A program made the position numbers and the translations under genes. A stretch of 63,660 nucleotides of DNA, the filler included, from Octopus bimaculoides (lineage: Eukaryota): NCBI RefSeq assembly GCF_001194135.2. It is 7 parts of 6 records of this genome, joined end to end, with 100 filler letters (N's around TTAATTAATTAA, not from the genome) between each part and the next. Parts side by side here need not be neighbours in the genome. Positions count along the whole stretch, not along the records: positions 36,111 to 58,531 come from NC_068981.1; 6 more parts are not named here. One strand, written 5' to 3'. The first letter of the stretch is position 1, and every line of letters starts with the position of its first letter. The notes beneath the pieces are model-generated. The model made no database searches, was not told the DNA's origin, and worked only from the letters and a program-made list of their open reading frames with translations. Shown piece by piece: positions 38,641 to 51,347 of this stretch.

Positions 38641-39990
38641 ACAAGGTAAAACTACTACCTGCTTTTATAGCAAGTTGATGCAGGTAATTTATCCTGTCAG
38701 CCTCCTCCTTTTAGTGCATGCAATTGAAAAGAACGCCATCATTTATGGGATGACCCAATATAAGGTGTAAAACTAGTACTTTGTTTATCAAGCCCCGCAA
38801 AGATAAAAAGTAAAGTTAACTTCGAGGGGATTTGAACTCATGTGTAGGAAGCAGGAAACAATACCACAAAAGTTTATGTGTGATGGTTTACTGCCTCTGC
38901 TAAATTTTCCATGTATCTGAAGATTCCGCCAATTTACCACATGTCTGAACAAACTGATTGACAGACATGTTTACGGATATAGAAAATTTAATTAAAAATC
39001 GGCGTGTGAAGTAAGATCTGTGATATTATTGTCAGAGAACTCGAGAAAATAGTGACATATATTTAATGTAAGTGAATCCTTGTCAAATATTCTGCAATTA
39101 TGTTACTGTGGTCTATCGTAAAAGTGATGCTTTATAAAAGTAGCTGGATATGACACCCTAACAATGTGCCATTGAATGAGTTCCAATCAATCAAAAACTA
39201 TAGTCAAAAGGGTCTACAGTGTTTGTGTCTCGTTTTGATTGCTAACACGAGTTATCACGCTGAGTCATCTTGATGTGTTTTCACAAGACTGATAACAGGA
39301 AACCTATTACATTTCTAGGAATGGTTGCCCATGGACATCCTTGTCAGACAGTCCTACGCATTTTCACAGGTTTTCTTTTCAATTCTAATGAGTTTCACAA
39401 GCTCTTTTCAATTAGGAAACTATGTAGTGTTATACTTCAGTACTTGGTTGCAATAGCATATAAATGCGAGAGTTAACAGGTAAAAGTTTATAACAGGTGC
39501 TAACCAGACAATAATAAACTAAGGACAGATTCTACTATGGACCAAGCTGAAAAATAAAAAAATTGCCGATAGGTGGAGCGCTCTGGAGTAGGGATAAGTT
39601 TTCTCCAGCTGAGCTAGATAATACGATCGAATCTAATACGTAGTTGGACCCATTTTCAGTAGTTGGGTTAATTTTTAGTGTTCAGTCATATAAAGTGGTT
39701 GAGTTCAAAGGTACTTGTAGCCATGCTTCCTTTTCTCTCCAAGAAACAATTGCATACCCATAGAAGACCCATCCAAGCCGCAGTCATTATCACTTCGACT
39801 TGAAACTACAATTTTATATAATCGATTTTTTACCAGTTTTTGATAACTTCGCCTAAAATGGAAGAAAAATTCACGTACAACCGCTTACGGATTTCGATCA
39901 TTGGGTTTTGCAACTCACTGGGTTTGCTAAAACCGCCAAAGGCTACTTGGTGAGGTTGAAAACACCAAATTGATTAAGTAAGCCACTCAA

Positions 39991-40299
39991 AACTGGCACT
40001 GTATCGGTTACGGCGACGAGTATTTCAATTGATCCGATCAATGGAACAGCCTGCTCGTGAAATTGATGTACAAGTGGCTGAGTACTCTACAGACACGCAG
40101 TTATCAAGGAGATTAAGCGTGACACAAAATGCGACAAGGCTGGTTCCTTTGAATTACAGGTACACTTCATTTTTTCCAGCTGAGTGGACTAGAGCAACGT
40201 GAAATGGAGTGTGTTGCTGAAGGACACAACGCGCCGTCAGGTATCGAACTCACGGCATTACGGCCGGAAGCGGAATACTTTCACCACCTAACCTAGCAC
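39991..40299 (-). mobile_element. SINE family C
   Basis: Reverse complement matches the 17-396 body (GAACAGCCTGCTCGTGAAATT, AAGTGGCTGAGTACTC), with a B-box-like head. Confidence 0.8.
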
Positions 40300-40401
40300 C
40301 ATCACAAAAAAAAAATCAACTGTCTCTCCGATGGAGTTTCATACAATTTACGATTAACGAATTTTGCTCAGAAGAATTTTCATATATACATACATACATA
40401 C

Positions 40402-40441
<40 letters not shown>

Positions 40442-40495
40442 TATATATATATATATATATATTATTTATATTATTTCTTGATTGAACGCCATGCA

Positions 40496-40729
40496 TCTTA
40501 TTTCTTTACAGCCCACAAGGGGCTAAACATAGAGGGGACAAACAAGGACAGACAAAGGGATTAAGTCGATTACATCTAGCCCAGTGCGTAACTGATACTT
40601 AATTAATCGACCCCGAAAGGATGAAAGGTAAAGTCGACCTCGGCGGAATTCGTTCTCAGAACGTAGCAGCAGACGAAGTACCGCTAAGCATTTCGCCCGG
40701 CGTGCTAACGTTTCTGCCAGCACGCCGCC
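40496..40729 (-). mobile_element. SINE family A, full length, tail 1
   Basis: Near-consensus reverse complement from GGCGGCGTGCTGGCAG to GTAAAGAAATAAGA. Confidence 0.92.
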
Positions 40730-40843
40730 TGCATGTATTTCCAAGTAAGTTTATCTTAACCTTTTTTATGCGACTCTACTGTGCTATTTTCTCTCCCATT
40801 CTTCTCTAATTCCCTTTTTCCCCCTTTCACCATTTTTTATGTA

Positions 40844-40874
<31 letters not shown>

Positions 40875-40989
40875 TTTTCTCTCACCGCTCGTTGCTCACA
40901 CCTGACCATCGTCCATCTTTCTTTTCCTCACGTGACCATCTACCTTTTCCTCCTGGACGTCCTAAGGACTAGACGTCTTCTATCTCTTC

Positions 40990-41352
40990 TATTTTCAAAG
41001 AAAATGATTCTCCAACGTTTACTATTTTACCCCCGTTCTTGTCAAACGACCCTCCATGTTTGTTTTCGTTCGGTTTTCTTGTATGTCTCCACTGTCCTGT
41101 TTTTGTCCCCAGCTTTGACCCGCCATAAATCTAAAATTTTATTTTGGTATTTATGGGAGCAACTGTCTTCGAAGACTCTTATTATCGTTCAATGCTCGAG
41201 ATGAGGAGTAGATAGGCAGCCGACGACTGATGAAGGGTCGTTCTTTGCGTTATTTGTTCTGTTTTCCTTTTTTTTCTCTCGTTGTTTGCGTATTTAACTC
41301 ATTTGTTTTCGTATTTCATGTTGTTTGCTGTTAGTGACGTCCTGTACTCATA
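40990..41352 (+). repeat. Family E, longest copy in the window
   Basis: Contains both segments shared with 412-520 and with 7955-8036/60831-60948; ends GTGACGTCCTGTAC followed by (TA)n. Confidence 0.65.
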
Positions 41353-41476
41353 TATATGCATATATATATATATATGTATATCTGTAAATAATTGTCACAT
41401 ACTATTAACAGATAAATTCCTCTATTTACATAATATCGAGGTCTCTTTCTTTCTTTTGTTGTGTTATGTTTTCTAT

Positions 41477-41527
<51 letters not shown>

Positions 41528-41528
<1 letters not shown>

Positions 41529-41680
41529 AACGGGTTTCTTTCAGTTTCCGTCAGCCAAATCCGCTCACAAGATTTTGATCAGCTCGTGGGTATGGTAGAT
41601 GACACTCGTGCAAGGTGCCACATAGTGAGACTGAACCCGGAACCATGTGCTTGGGATGCAAACTTGGTACAATACCTGTG
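41528..41680 (-). mobile_element. SINE family B, 5' half
   Basis: CAACGGGTTTCTTTCAGTTTCCGTC...CAAGGTGCCAC...GAACCCGGAACCATGTG. Similar 5' halves at about 47745-47906 (-), 52771-52886 (-) and 63535-63637 (+). Confidence 0.82.
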
Positions 41681-42074
41681 TGTGTGTATGCCTATAAGTT
41701 ATAATTAAGAGTGAGAGAGTGAGAGAGAGGGACATTGAGAGAAAGAGACAGGGAGAGAGAGACATAGAGAGAGAGACATAGAGAGAGAGAGAGAAATTGA
41801 AGTCTTTGATTCAAAGGACGATCTGGCTATTATTTCTAGAATCTCGACGACCATGTAAAGGCTTCTCTGATTATGTAGTAGCAGAGTTGTCTCCCCGAAA
41901 CCTTTGAATTAATGTAAAATGGTTGCTTCTTGACAAAGTCGATAAAGCAAAATCAATGGACACTTAGCGGTAATTGGTCTAGCTTCCTGCCTCCAGCGTT
42001 TAATTCTCACCGAGACCGACTTAAACTTTCACCTTTTGAAAAGTTAGTTCATTAATGAAGTCATCTCTCTCCCC

Positions 42075-42157
<83 letters not shown>

Positions 42158-42305
42158 CTATCTCTATCTCTTTCTCATTGTTTCTTTCTCTCTCCCTTAG
42201 TAATTCTACCTACCGACCGACCGATCTACATACATACATACATACATACATACAAACATACATACATACGCATGTACATACATATGTACATGCATATATA
42301 TATAT

Positions 42306-42355
<50 letters not shown>

Positions 42356-42589
42356 CATAACAGAAAATTGTGAAATTAAAAAATGCTTCCAATTTTCTAT
42401 TAATTGCCCTACAATAAATATTTTTCCAGTATTTTCAATTCTCGTATAAAATGAAGCGTTTATAAATAAACATTTGAGTGCAGAAATATGCTTCAAGGCG
42501 ACTCAGCTTCGATTATAACCCTATCTACATACAATACATACATTCATACATACGTATATATGTGTATATATACATCCATATATATATAT

Positions 42590-42644
<55 letters not shown>

Positions 42645-43309
42645 NNNNNNNNNNNNNNNNNNNNNNNNNNNNNNNNNNNNNNNNNNNNNNNNNNNNNNNN
42701 NNNNNNNNNNNNNNNNNNNNNNNNNNNNNNNNNNNNNNNNNNNNNNNNNNNNNNNNNNNNNNNNNNNNNNNNNNNNNNNNNNNNNNNNNNNNNNNNNNNN
42801 NNNNNNNNNNNNNNNNNNNNNNNNNNNNNNNNNNNNNNNNNNNNNNNNNNNNNNNNNNNNNNNNNNNNNNNNNNNNNNNNNNNNNNNNNNNNNNNNNNNN
42901 NNNNNNNNNNNNNNNNNNNNNNNNNNNNNNNNNNNNNNNNNNNNNNNNNNNNNNNNNNNNNNNNNNNNNNNNNNNNNNNNNNNNNNNNNNNNNNNNNNNN
43001 NNNNNNNNNNNNNNNNNNNNNNNNNNNNNNNNNNNNNNNNNNNNNNNNNNNNNNNNNNNNNNNNNNNNNNNNNNNNNNNNNNNNNNNNNNNNNNNNNNNN
43101 NNNNNNNNNNNNNNNNNNNNNNNNNNNNNNNNNNNNNNNNNNNNNNNNNNNNNNNNNNNNNNNNNNNNNNNNNNNNNNNNNNNNNNNNNNNNNNNNNNNN
43201 NNNNNNNNNNNNNNNNTTTTTTTTTTTTTTTTTTTATACATTTTCTCCCCATTAACAGTTATTCAATACGAACGAAGGATAATAACTTTGTAGAGAGACA
43301 ATTGGTGGA

Positions 43310-43461
43310 GACTCACAAATTCAGTGACTTGTACTTTCTGTTACCGAGGTATGGGAGGCAAAGCTGACCCGCACGGTATTTGAAGTCAGAACGTAAGGAG
43401 CCGGATCAAACACCGTGAAGTATTTTTGTGACGCTCTAACGATTCTAGCAGCTCGACGCCA
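43310..43461 (-). mobile_element. SINE family A, degenerate
   Basis: GGCAAAGCTGACC...TTTGAAGTCAGAACGTAA...CTAACGATTCTAGCAGCTCG. Other degenerate copies at about 5880-5995, 38760-38900, 41985-42060 and 47983-48135. Confidence 0.65.
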
Positions 43462-43623
43462 TTTGTTGTTATGAAATGATATCAGCAAATAACAATATTA
43501 AACATATCCACACGTATCCAAATGCACTCAAGGGCACACCGGTAGATATGGGAGACGAATCAAAGAAAGGGGGTCTCTTCTGTTATAAGCGACCATCTCA
43601 GAAAAATATTACGTACTAGATTG

Positions 43624-43945
43624 TGGAGGAGCGTGGTCTAATGCTTAGGATGCATGGCTTAGTGGTCAGGGCATCCGACTCACAATCATAAGGTCGTGAG
43701 TTCGATTCCCGGTGGCTCATTTCGTCTTTTAGCAAATGACTTTATTTCATTTTACTCAACTCCTCACAGCTGGCAAAAATGAGTAGTACCTGTATTTCAA
43801 AGGGCCTACTTTGTCACCTTTTGTGCTACGCCGAATCTCCCTGAAAACTAGGTTAAGGGTACACAGGTCTGTGAAGTGCTCAGCTACTTGCACATTAATT
43901 TCATGAGCAGTCTGTTCATTCGTCGTCGTAACTGACGGAAAGCCA
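43624..43945 (+). mobile_element. SINE family C
   Basis: TGGCTTAGTGG (A box), GAGTTCGATTCCC (B box), and the family C body. Confidence 0.82.
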
Positions 43946-44343
43946 GGCTTAGGATGATCGACTCGAGCTTATAAATTCATGCATTCAATCGCTGGATCGA
44001 GTGGCATGTTGAACCCTTAAGCAAGACACTTCCTTTCATATTGCACCTCCAGTTACCACAGCTTTAATGAATAACAAATGGGTTTTGATGCATCGTCTTT
44101 TCCTCAAGCTGCCACACCCTTCAATTGGCTCAAGGCTGAAGATGGTGAACTGACAACTCTGTTCTTGAAATTAAATAATCACTTAAAACAATTACCGAAT
44201 GCATGTTACATATTATATGGCCGTGATCATTTGTGGATAACAACTGTCTGCACAAGAAAATGTGTTTATAATTTCATTGTTCCACGAGAAAAGACTTATT
44301 CTTTTCATATTAGACCTGTTCATTCTTGATAGACGCGATGCTA

Positions 44344-44380
<37 letters not shown>

Positions 44381-44966
44381 ACGATTTATTCGTGAATAAC
44401 AGCTTTCATATGTTTAAAAGATTCAAGTCCATGGGTGCCCAGTACGGCATCCGTGGACTATTTATCACCTTCTTGACTCAAAAGACTCGTTTTCCAAAAG
44501 ATTTCCACGTTAACAGGGATAATATATAAGGTACAGCAAAATAAATGAATAAAATGTATCCTGTTTGATGCCCTTATTAGATTCATCCCATTCCATCTTC
44601 CAATATGTGACCCAGGGTGACTTTTAAAGATTTTTACCTTTTTTCTTTTTTTGAAAAATATGTGTCTTAAATGTCATGAAATATGCCATGGTTATGAAAT
44701 TAAATTGTTAACAACCGTTCCATTTATTTTTATTTTCTTAAAGTATTTCTGAAAGTTAGCACTATTGGACTCGTTTCAACGAAATAATGTAATATAGGAG
44801 AGGAAAAAACGTAATTTTAAACTACAGGTAACTTCATATTTTACAAAAGTTTAATGATTGGCGTGAAACCAATACAAAAAGAAAAACTTTTATAAACGTT
44901 CTTTTTTTAAATCCTTATATAAGTTTCAATATATCAAGAAATTTTGAACGTATTTATGTAACTAAA

Positions 44967-45232
44967 ACTTTTGCTGTTGTGAGCCAAGCAGCTGGACTCA
45001 GAAGTAGTTCTTTCGAACAAATCTTTGAGCAAACCGTTCACTATAAATATAGCTTTTGTAGAGAAACCTGAGCCGGTGTGAACTTGTTTCCTCATTTTGT
45101 AGATGTAGATGGAATTACTTTCCATCCGTCTATTCTTTTTTTTTTTTTTTGCTTGTCTCTGGCAAGATGAGCAGCCTTAGCCTTGCACGCCCTATTGGCT
45201 CCTTTCGAAGCGGTCGTTGGTGCTGGTGGCTT
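44967..45232 (-). pseudogene. H2B: Histone H2B pseudogene (start codon lost, frameshift, 3'-truncated)
   Basis: (AAG)PPAPTTASKGANRACKAKAAHLARDKQKKKK / NRRMESNSIYIYKMRKQVHTGSGFSTKAIFIVNGLLKDLFERTTSESSCLAHNSK aligns with canonical [52 protein letters not shown]. A 15-A run breaks the frame and the final helix is absent. Confidence 0.9.
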
Positions 45233-45966
45233 ATTGTCAATTGCACGTCTAGAATAAGGAACCAGTACTGTAACAACTTAGGTTTCAAGGGTCCACAACA
45301 GCTCAACATTCTACCAGACAACTTCAGAGATTTGTGAGAGGTTTTCAAAGAGCGTCTCGACCAATTTTTTAATCTGAAATACCAGATGATGAAACCACAT
45401 CGCGTGAGAAGGCACAAAGAAGAGCAGCTCCGTCTAACTCACTAAGAAACAGTACAGAAAAGAAACCGAAGCTCATTCAAAAGCAGTGCTCCAGCATAGC
45501 TCTTGCTACTGGATGTAACCAGTAAAAGATAAGAGATAACCAAAATACATACTTGATTTTCTTTTAACAGCTGTTGAACAGATATCATAAAACTCATGAT
45601 AATCACGAGTTAGATTTGAGTGTGGGGATACGTTTTTCATATATCTTCAATGCACGTCATGGCGTTTCAGACAAATGATTTCCACCAATTTAGCTTTGAT
45701 CTTCCATATTTTACTTGTTTTAGTCATTGGAATACGATAGCGCTGGGATACAGCGTTAAAGGGCTTTAGTCGAATATATCGGCCCCAGTACATCACTTTT
45801 AAAGTCTACTACTTATTCTATCAGTCTCTTTAGCTGAACTGCTATGTTAGAAGGATGCAAACAAGCAAACAAACAAACAAACAAGGGTTGTAAAGCGGTA
45901 GGGGAGAAAGTACAGGCTCTAACACATACGTACACGCATACACACCTATATGCGTGGGCATATATA

Positions 45967-46846
45967 CGTGATCTGATCAATAAGTATCCAGATTATTGTC
46001 ATAGTAACAAAGTTAAACCACGTAGAGTGAAGTTGTTTGGTACAGATTGACCTTGAAGGATGTTGCGTATGAGCACTAAGTTTAAACGTTCTAGCTCACT
46101 TCCCCTGTTTACAGTAGTGCATAGAAATAAGGTGTGTCGTATTGACCATGACAGAGAATTGAGCAGAGAATCACCATCAAGTTGTGCCAAAAGCTTAACA
46201 ATACTGGCTCAGGGACCTACGCAAAGTTTTCAAAGTGTTTTCATCATTCATTACACTATCAAGGAGACCTTATGCAACTGAAACCCGAGTATCTTTTTGG
46301 TCAGCTGAAAGCAGTTTTGGCATAAACTTGGCAAACATGCAACTCATACACAAATCTTCCGTGACAATGGACTGAACTGAACCGTAACTAATTTTGAACG
46401 ACCTCTGATAACTCACGGATGGTGATTCGACGATTTCTCCTCACAGCTGCATGCACATCTGCGATGGGTTTCTCAGTTCTGCTCGTTGCGGGACCCCTAG
46501 AAAATTCGTAAATATCGACTTTTTTCGGCCATCTTGGTAAACGTCTGAACCACTCGTACACTTGTGTGCGGCTCATACACCTCTCAGTATACATTTTCTT
46601 CAACTTTGTGTTGGCCTCTGAGCAATTATCGCCATGACAATTTTTCTGTGTCATGGTCATTGCGACGATCACACGCTACATACCTGCCTTCCAAGCACTT
46701 CTGTAAGCAGCGGAAGTGAGTTAGAACGTTAAAACTAAGTGCGCATGCACAGCAGAGTTCACGGTTAATCTTTGCCATGTGGCTTTACTCTGCGGACTTT
46801 TGCTTCGTTACTATGGGAACAGTCGGAATACTTACTGATCAGACCA
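45967..46846. mobile_element. Mariner-derived element with about 200-bp inverted arms, both from the 5' end
   Basis: Left arm 45967-46160 and right arm 46641-46846 are inverted copies, each running into the ATG (ATGACAGAG/ATGACACAG). The minus strand continues EANTKLKKMY...VYEWFRR...RRITIRELSEVV..ISYGSVQSIVTEDL...KLLSADQKDTRVSVA to about 46270. Confidence 0.88.
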
Positions 46847-46997
46847 TATATATATATATATATAATTATTATAAGATCTGGTAATTAGTCATATATTAAT
46901 ATATTAATTAATATCGATTAATTATCAGGGGGACAGCACATTTAAAGAATCAAAGAGATTCAGAAATATTATCTGCAATCTCAGGGGATTAAGGTAC

Positions 46998-47705
46998 ATT
47001 TTAAAAATAACGTCGACCACTAACGTGGACAATTAATGCGCTAGAAGTAGATCACATTTTGTGTCTATTAAGACCTAAAAAGTTCTCAACATGAAATATA
47101 GCAGCATACCAAGAACGTGAGNNNNNNNNNNNNNNNNNNNNNNNNNNNNNNNNNNNNNNNNNNNNNNNNNNNNNNNNNNNNNNNNNNNNNNNNNNNNNNN
47201 NNNNNNNNNNNNNNNNNNNNNNNNNNNNNNNNNNNNNNNNNNNNNNNNNNNNNNNNNNNNNNNNNNNNNNNNNNNNNNNNNNNNNNNNNNNNNNNNNNNN
47301 NNNNNNNNNNNNNNNNNNNNNNNNNNNNNNNNNNNNNNNNNNNNNNNNNNNNNNNNNNNNNNNNNNNNNNNNNNNNNNNNNNNNNNNNNNNNNNNNNNNN
47401 NNNNNNNNNNNNNNNNNNNNNNNNNNNNNNNNNNNNNNNNNNNNNNNNNNNNNNNNNNNNNNNNNNNNNNNNNNNNNNNNNNNNNNNNNNNNNNNNNNNN
47501 NNNNNNNNNNNNNNNNNNNNNNNNNNNNNNNNNNNNNNNNNNNNNNNNNNNNNNNNNNNNNNNNNNNNNNNNNNNNNNNNNNNNNNNNNNNNNNNNNNNN
47601 NNNNNNNNNNNNNNNNNNNNNNNNNNNNNNNNTAATAGACACAAAATGTGATCTATTTCTAGCGCATTAATTGTCCACGTTAGTGGTCGACGTTATTTTT
47701 AAAAT
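46998..47705. repeat. 73-bp near-perfect inverted repeat flanking a gap
   Basis: 46998-47070 is the reverse complement of 47633-47705 with one mismatch. Confidence 0.85.
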
Positions 47706-48199
47706 ATATATATATATAGATAGATAGATAGATAGATAGATATATTCCTATGGGCTTCCCCACATCTTCCGTCTCCAAAATTCACTCAGAAGGCATTAGT
47801 CGAATCCGGGCTGCAGTAGAAAACACTTACCTAAATTACTGCGCAGTGGAACTGAACCTGAAACCACATAATTGCAAAACGAGCTTCTTACCCACATACA
47901 CATGGCTGTACCTGTTGTTCTTTGTTGTTGTTGCTTTTTTTTTTCTTCTTGAATATGTCGTTTATAAGGCCTGAAATATTGGGGGAAGGAGTAAGTTGAT
48001 TACCTCGACTTAGTGCTCGACTGGTACCTATTTGATTGATCCCGAAAGGATGAAAGGTGGAATTCGAAATCAGAGCGTAAAGTCGAACGAAAAGCCGATA
48101 AGTATTTTTCCCGGCATCTTAACGATTCTGCCATCTCACGGACTTTATGTCATTTATAATAGAATGTCAGTAACTTTAAAGGAAAAACCGGCAAAAATA

Positions 48200-48975
48200 C
48201 ATATCATTATAACAATAAACGGAAATAGCAATTATTTTGCCGTAATGATTAAAGAGAAATACCCGTGTTTTATTTACCGCGCAAATATCGCTGCTCCAAA
48301 GTGAGACAATGTTTGAAGATATTTTAATAGCTTTCATAAAACACAAACATCAAAGTTTCCTGCAATTTCGGAAAATGAGAAAAGCAAAGAATTAATTTCA
48401 ACTTTGAACAACAAATGATCACTTTCAAAATCTTTGATTTGTTAATATGGCATCATTTCGTATCGAAGTTTCGGAATTGACGAAGAAAGATTTTCTGGAA
48501 ACTGCTGACTTACAATTTGTAAATTTTTAAAATGATAGTAGATGTGATGGATGCAATAAATGAGTAATTGCTTACAAAGAATGCAGAAAGTAGAAGAACG
48601 GGAATAATATTTTGGGATAATATTGAAAGTATTAACCAAAGAATTCGATAAAGATACTTCAGCGTGCGAATATTTTTCATTTCAAATGGGTGATTCAAGA
48701 GATATTATCGATGTTGCACAAATATGCATTTGTATTCAAATGGCATTTGAGAATTGCATTTTTAAGAAGAGATTTATTATAAATTTCGCTATCTCGAGGT
48801 AAAACTCGGAAAAAAGGGCATTTAAGAAGCATTTAGAAAAAAGAAATGGCCACTATTGACTACTTCAGCAGTTTGTATCAATCACTGCAGATGATGCACC
48901 AAGGATTACAGCTTGTAAGAATGATTTATTTTGCTTTTGAAACAAGTTCACGAATTTCCTAAATTTATTACACAA
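48200..48975 (+). mobile_element. Decayed hAT transposase (Charlie/SPIN/GTF2IRD2-like)
   Basis: KYPCFIYRANIAAPK*DNV*RYF; ASFRI...KDFLETAD; EYFSFQMGDSRDIIDVAQICICIQM (cf. FSLxLDESTD...AQL); FVSITADDAPRITACKN (cf. VSITTDGAPAM). Confidence 0.8.
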
Positions 48976-48979
48976 TATT

Positions 48980-49345
48980 GGTGCGGTGTGGCTATGAAGC
49001 ACGCTTTGCAACTAAGTAGCCTTGGGTTTCAGTTCCAACTGCGTGACACCGTGGGCAAGTGTTTTATACTATAGCCCCGGTTCGAATGATGCCTTATGAC
49101 AGAATTTTTAAAGCAGAAGATGTGCAGAAGCTCGTCGTATCTATGTGTGTATCTTTGTGTCTGATTTTGGTCTCCCTACGACTTGACAACCGGTGTTGGT
49201 TTGTTTGCGCTCTGGTAATTTGCGTTTCGGCAAAAGAACCAATAGAATATAACCAGATATTAAAAAAAAAATAATTATGAGTATCAGTTTGATTGACTAA
49301 ACCCTTCAAGGTGGTGCCTAAGTATGATCAAAATTCGGTGATACA
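48980..49345 (+). mobile_element. SINE family B, degenerate full length
   Basis: GTTCAGTTCCAACTGCGTGACACCGTGGGCAAGTG...CTTGACAACCGGTGTTGG...CGGCAAAAGAACC. Confidence 0.8.
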
Positions 49346-51347
49346 AAACGAGTAAATGGTAAATTACTGGAAGACAGCAACAATGATTAAAATAAAACTC
49401 ATTAATTTTTTATTAAAGATTGTGAACTCCTCTATAGGGCCAAGCTTTTTTCACGGAGCTTATTTAACAGTGCCATGGAAGACACCGATTCTAATCATGG
49501 CAATTTGCAGCTGCATCCAAAAATCCGTTAAGTAAAAGATCCTTAGACCGAAATCAAAGGGGTTTTTTTTCAGTTTTTCTCTCTTTTTTTTATGTAAAAT
49601 GAAATTGATTGTTAGAGTGGAGAATTTTAACACGTACCAATTCTGCCAAATAAGATTTTATTCTGAGATGCAAAGTGAAAATAAATAAGTAGTGAGGTGA
49701 GAAATTTTGTAAGCGTTTTCACAACAAAATTATGATAATTATTTTCCAATTTAAGGAAGCGATTAGCCAAGTAATTAAACAAACACTTTTGCAATCGAAA
49801 TTACCAAGTTAACATAAGTTGAGTAGATGTTATCAAAATTCGTCATTTATATAGGAGTTTTAGAAACGAAAATAATTTAACTACCATTTCCAAGATTTTG
49901 GTTAACTACAAACAGCATTTATTCATGTCCCTTCAGCGATATTGATGCAGAATGAACTGCTGTAAAAGGAGAGGTAGTGTCAACTATAATTTAACGGATA
50001 TAGAATATCAATTAATAGTGCTACAAAATTTCATTGATTCAAAAAGAAGGCACCAAGATTCTGTTGGGGAATATTTAGACTCAGATGAGAAATACCCAAG
50101 TATAAACACTGTAGCATTTTATACTGAATGCAACATTATTCTCGTGCATGAATGTAAGAAAATATAAAACAAGAAATACGCTAACAAAGGAGTACCTATT
50201 GTTGCCAAACAGGTATTGAACTATGAATATTTAGTTAACAATATGCAATACAAGCGTGCACATGATTGATTTTCAATAAATCATTTTCTTTTTACTAGTC
50301 TCACAAATAAACGCATGTAATGTAAATAATTGACGTGCAACTGAGACACGATGCTTCCGGCTTTCGTGAACTGAATGAAATATTGCGTTTTCCGATTCTA
50401 TTTTAACAAAAATATTTCTTCTGCCAGTAAAAACTTCTGAATATTCGTACAAGAAAGAAAATTTCTCCTCTTTAATTGCATTTCTGGAGTTAAGATGGAG
50501 CTTAGAAGCACGACAGGGGTAAGGTATTCGCACGGCTGCTAATGAATATATTGTCCTGAATTATTCCATTAGCCACATGAAAAATAAGTAAATATAAAAA
50601 GAAAACGGAAATGTACTTAAAGTCTTTTAATCCTTCTATACTTTGCCATGCAGCCACACTGTCTTATCTAAATAAGAGGCATAATCTATTCAATTCTGCT
50701 TTGCTATTCTTAATAAATACTCTGTCTTTATTCATTTGCATTTGACAGGAAGAATCGTCGGTGCATCAGTACAGAGGAAAAATATTATTTCAGGATTATA
50801 TTTGCTGCCAAATCTCCGCTAAAGTGGGTTTGTCATGTCCTTGAGTCTCCTACTCGTTGATGATGAAGGGCCCTTCTTCTTGTCTTCTGTAATCTTTACG
50901 ACATATGTTACATTTAATAATGAAAATTTAGTTTTTTAAGTACAGTTGATGTCTTTCTTTTGGGCAAATATTGATTTTGATTTAAGTTAAATAGTTTCGC
51001 CTTCAGTAAGATTAATAAAATTTTGGCAATTTGGAAATGACTGTTGGAGATGTAATTCCAGCCGTTGATTTGGCACCGTCTAGTAATTTATTTAATGATT
51101 TTGATTTCGTTTTACTTTATAGACAATTTTTTTTTCATTGCCTTTGTCATTCACAGATACAAATAATGGCATATTCTGATGAAAGTTATTGTACGTTTCG
51201 GTATTTCTTGGGCATTTTGCCGATACACGAGGTAAGACAGTGAAAGTGTCTAAATAGACTGTTGACTTTGTAATTCCTGAAAAATCAATAGATTTGGAAT
51301 ACACTCTTCTGTTATCAAATAATGTCTTGAAGTTCAATAATTCGAAT

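Noticed and set aside
45240-45480. Second histone gene (H3-like QRFVR) next to the H2B pseudogene
   Set aside because: The similarity is limited to a few residues; no H2A, H3 or H4 alignment in any frame I translated.
50273-50533. Gypsy pol-like reading of the ORF (YSEVFTG...)
   Set aside because: The match is weak and no RT motif follows; left unassigned.
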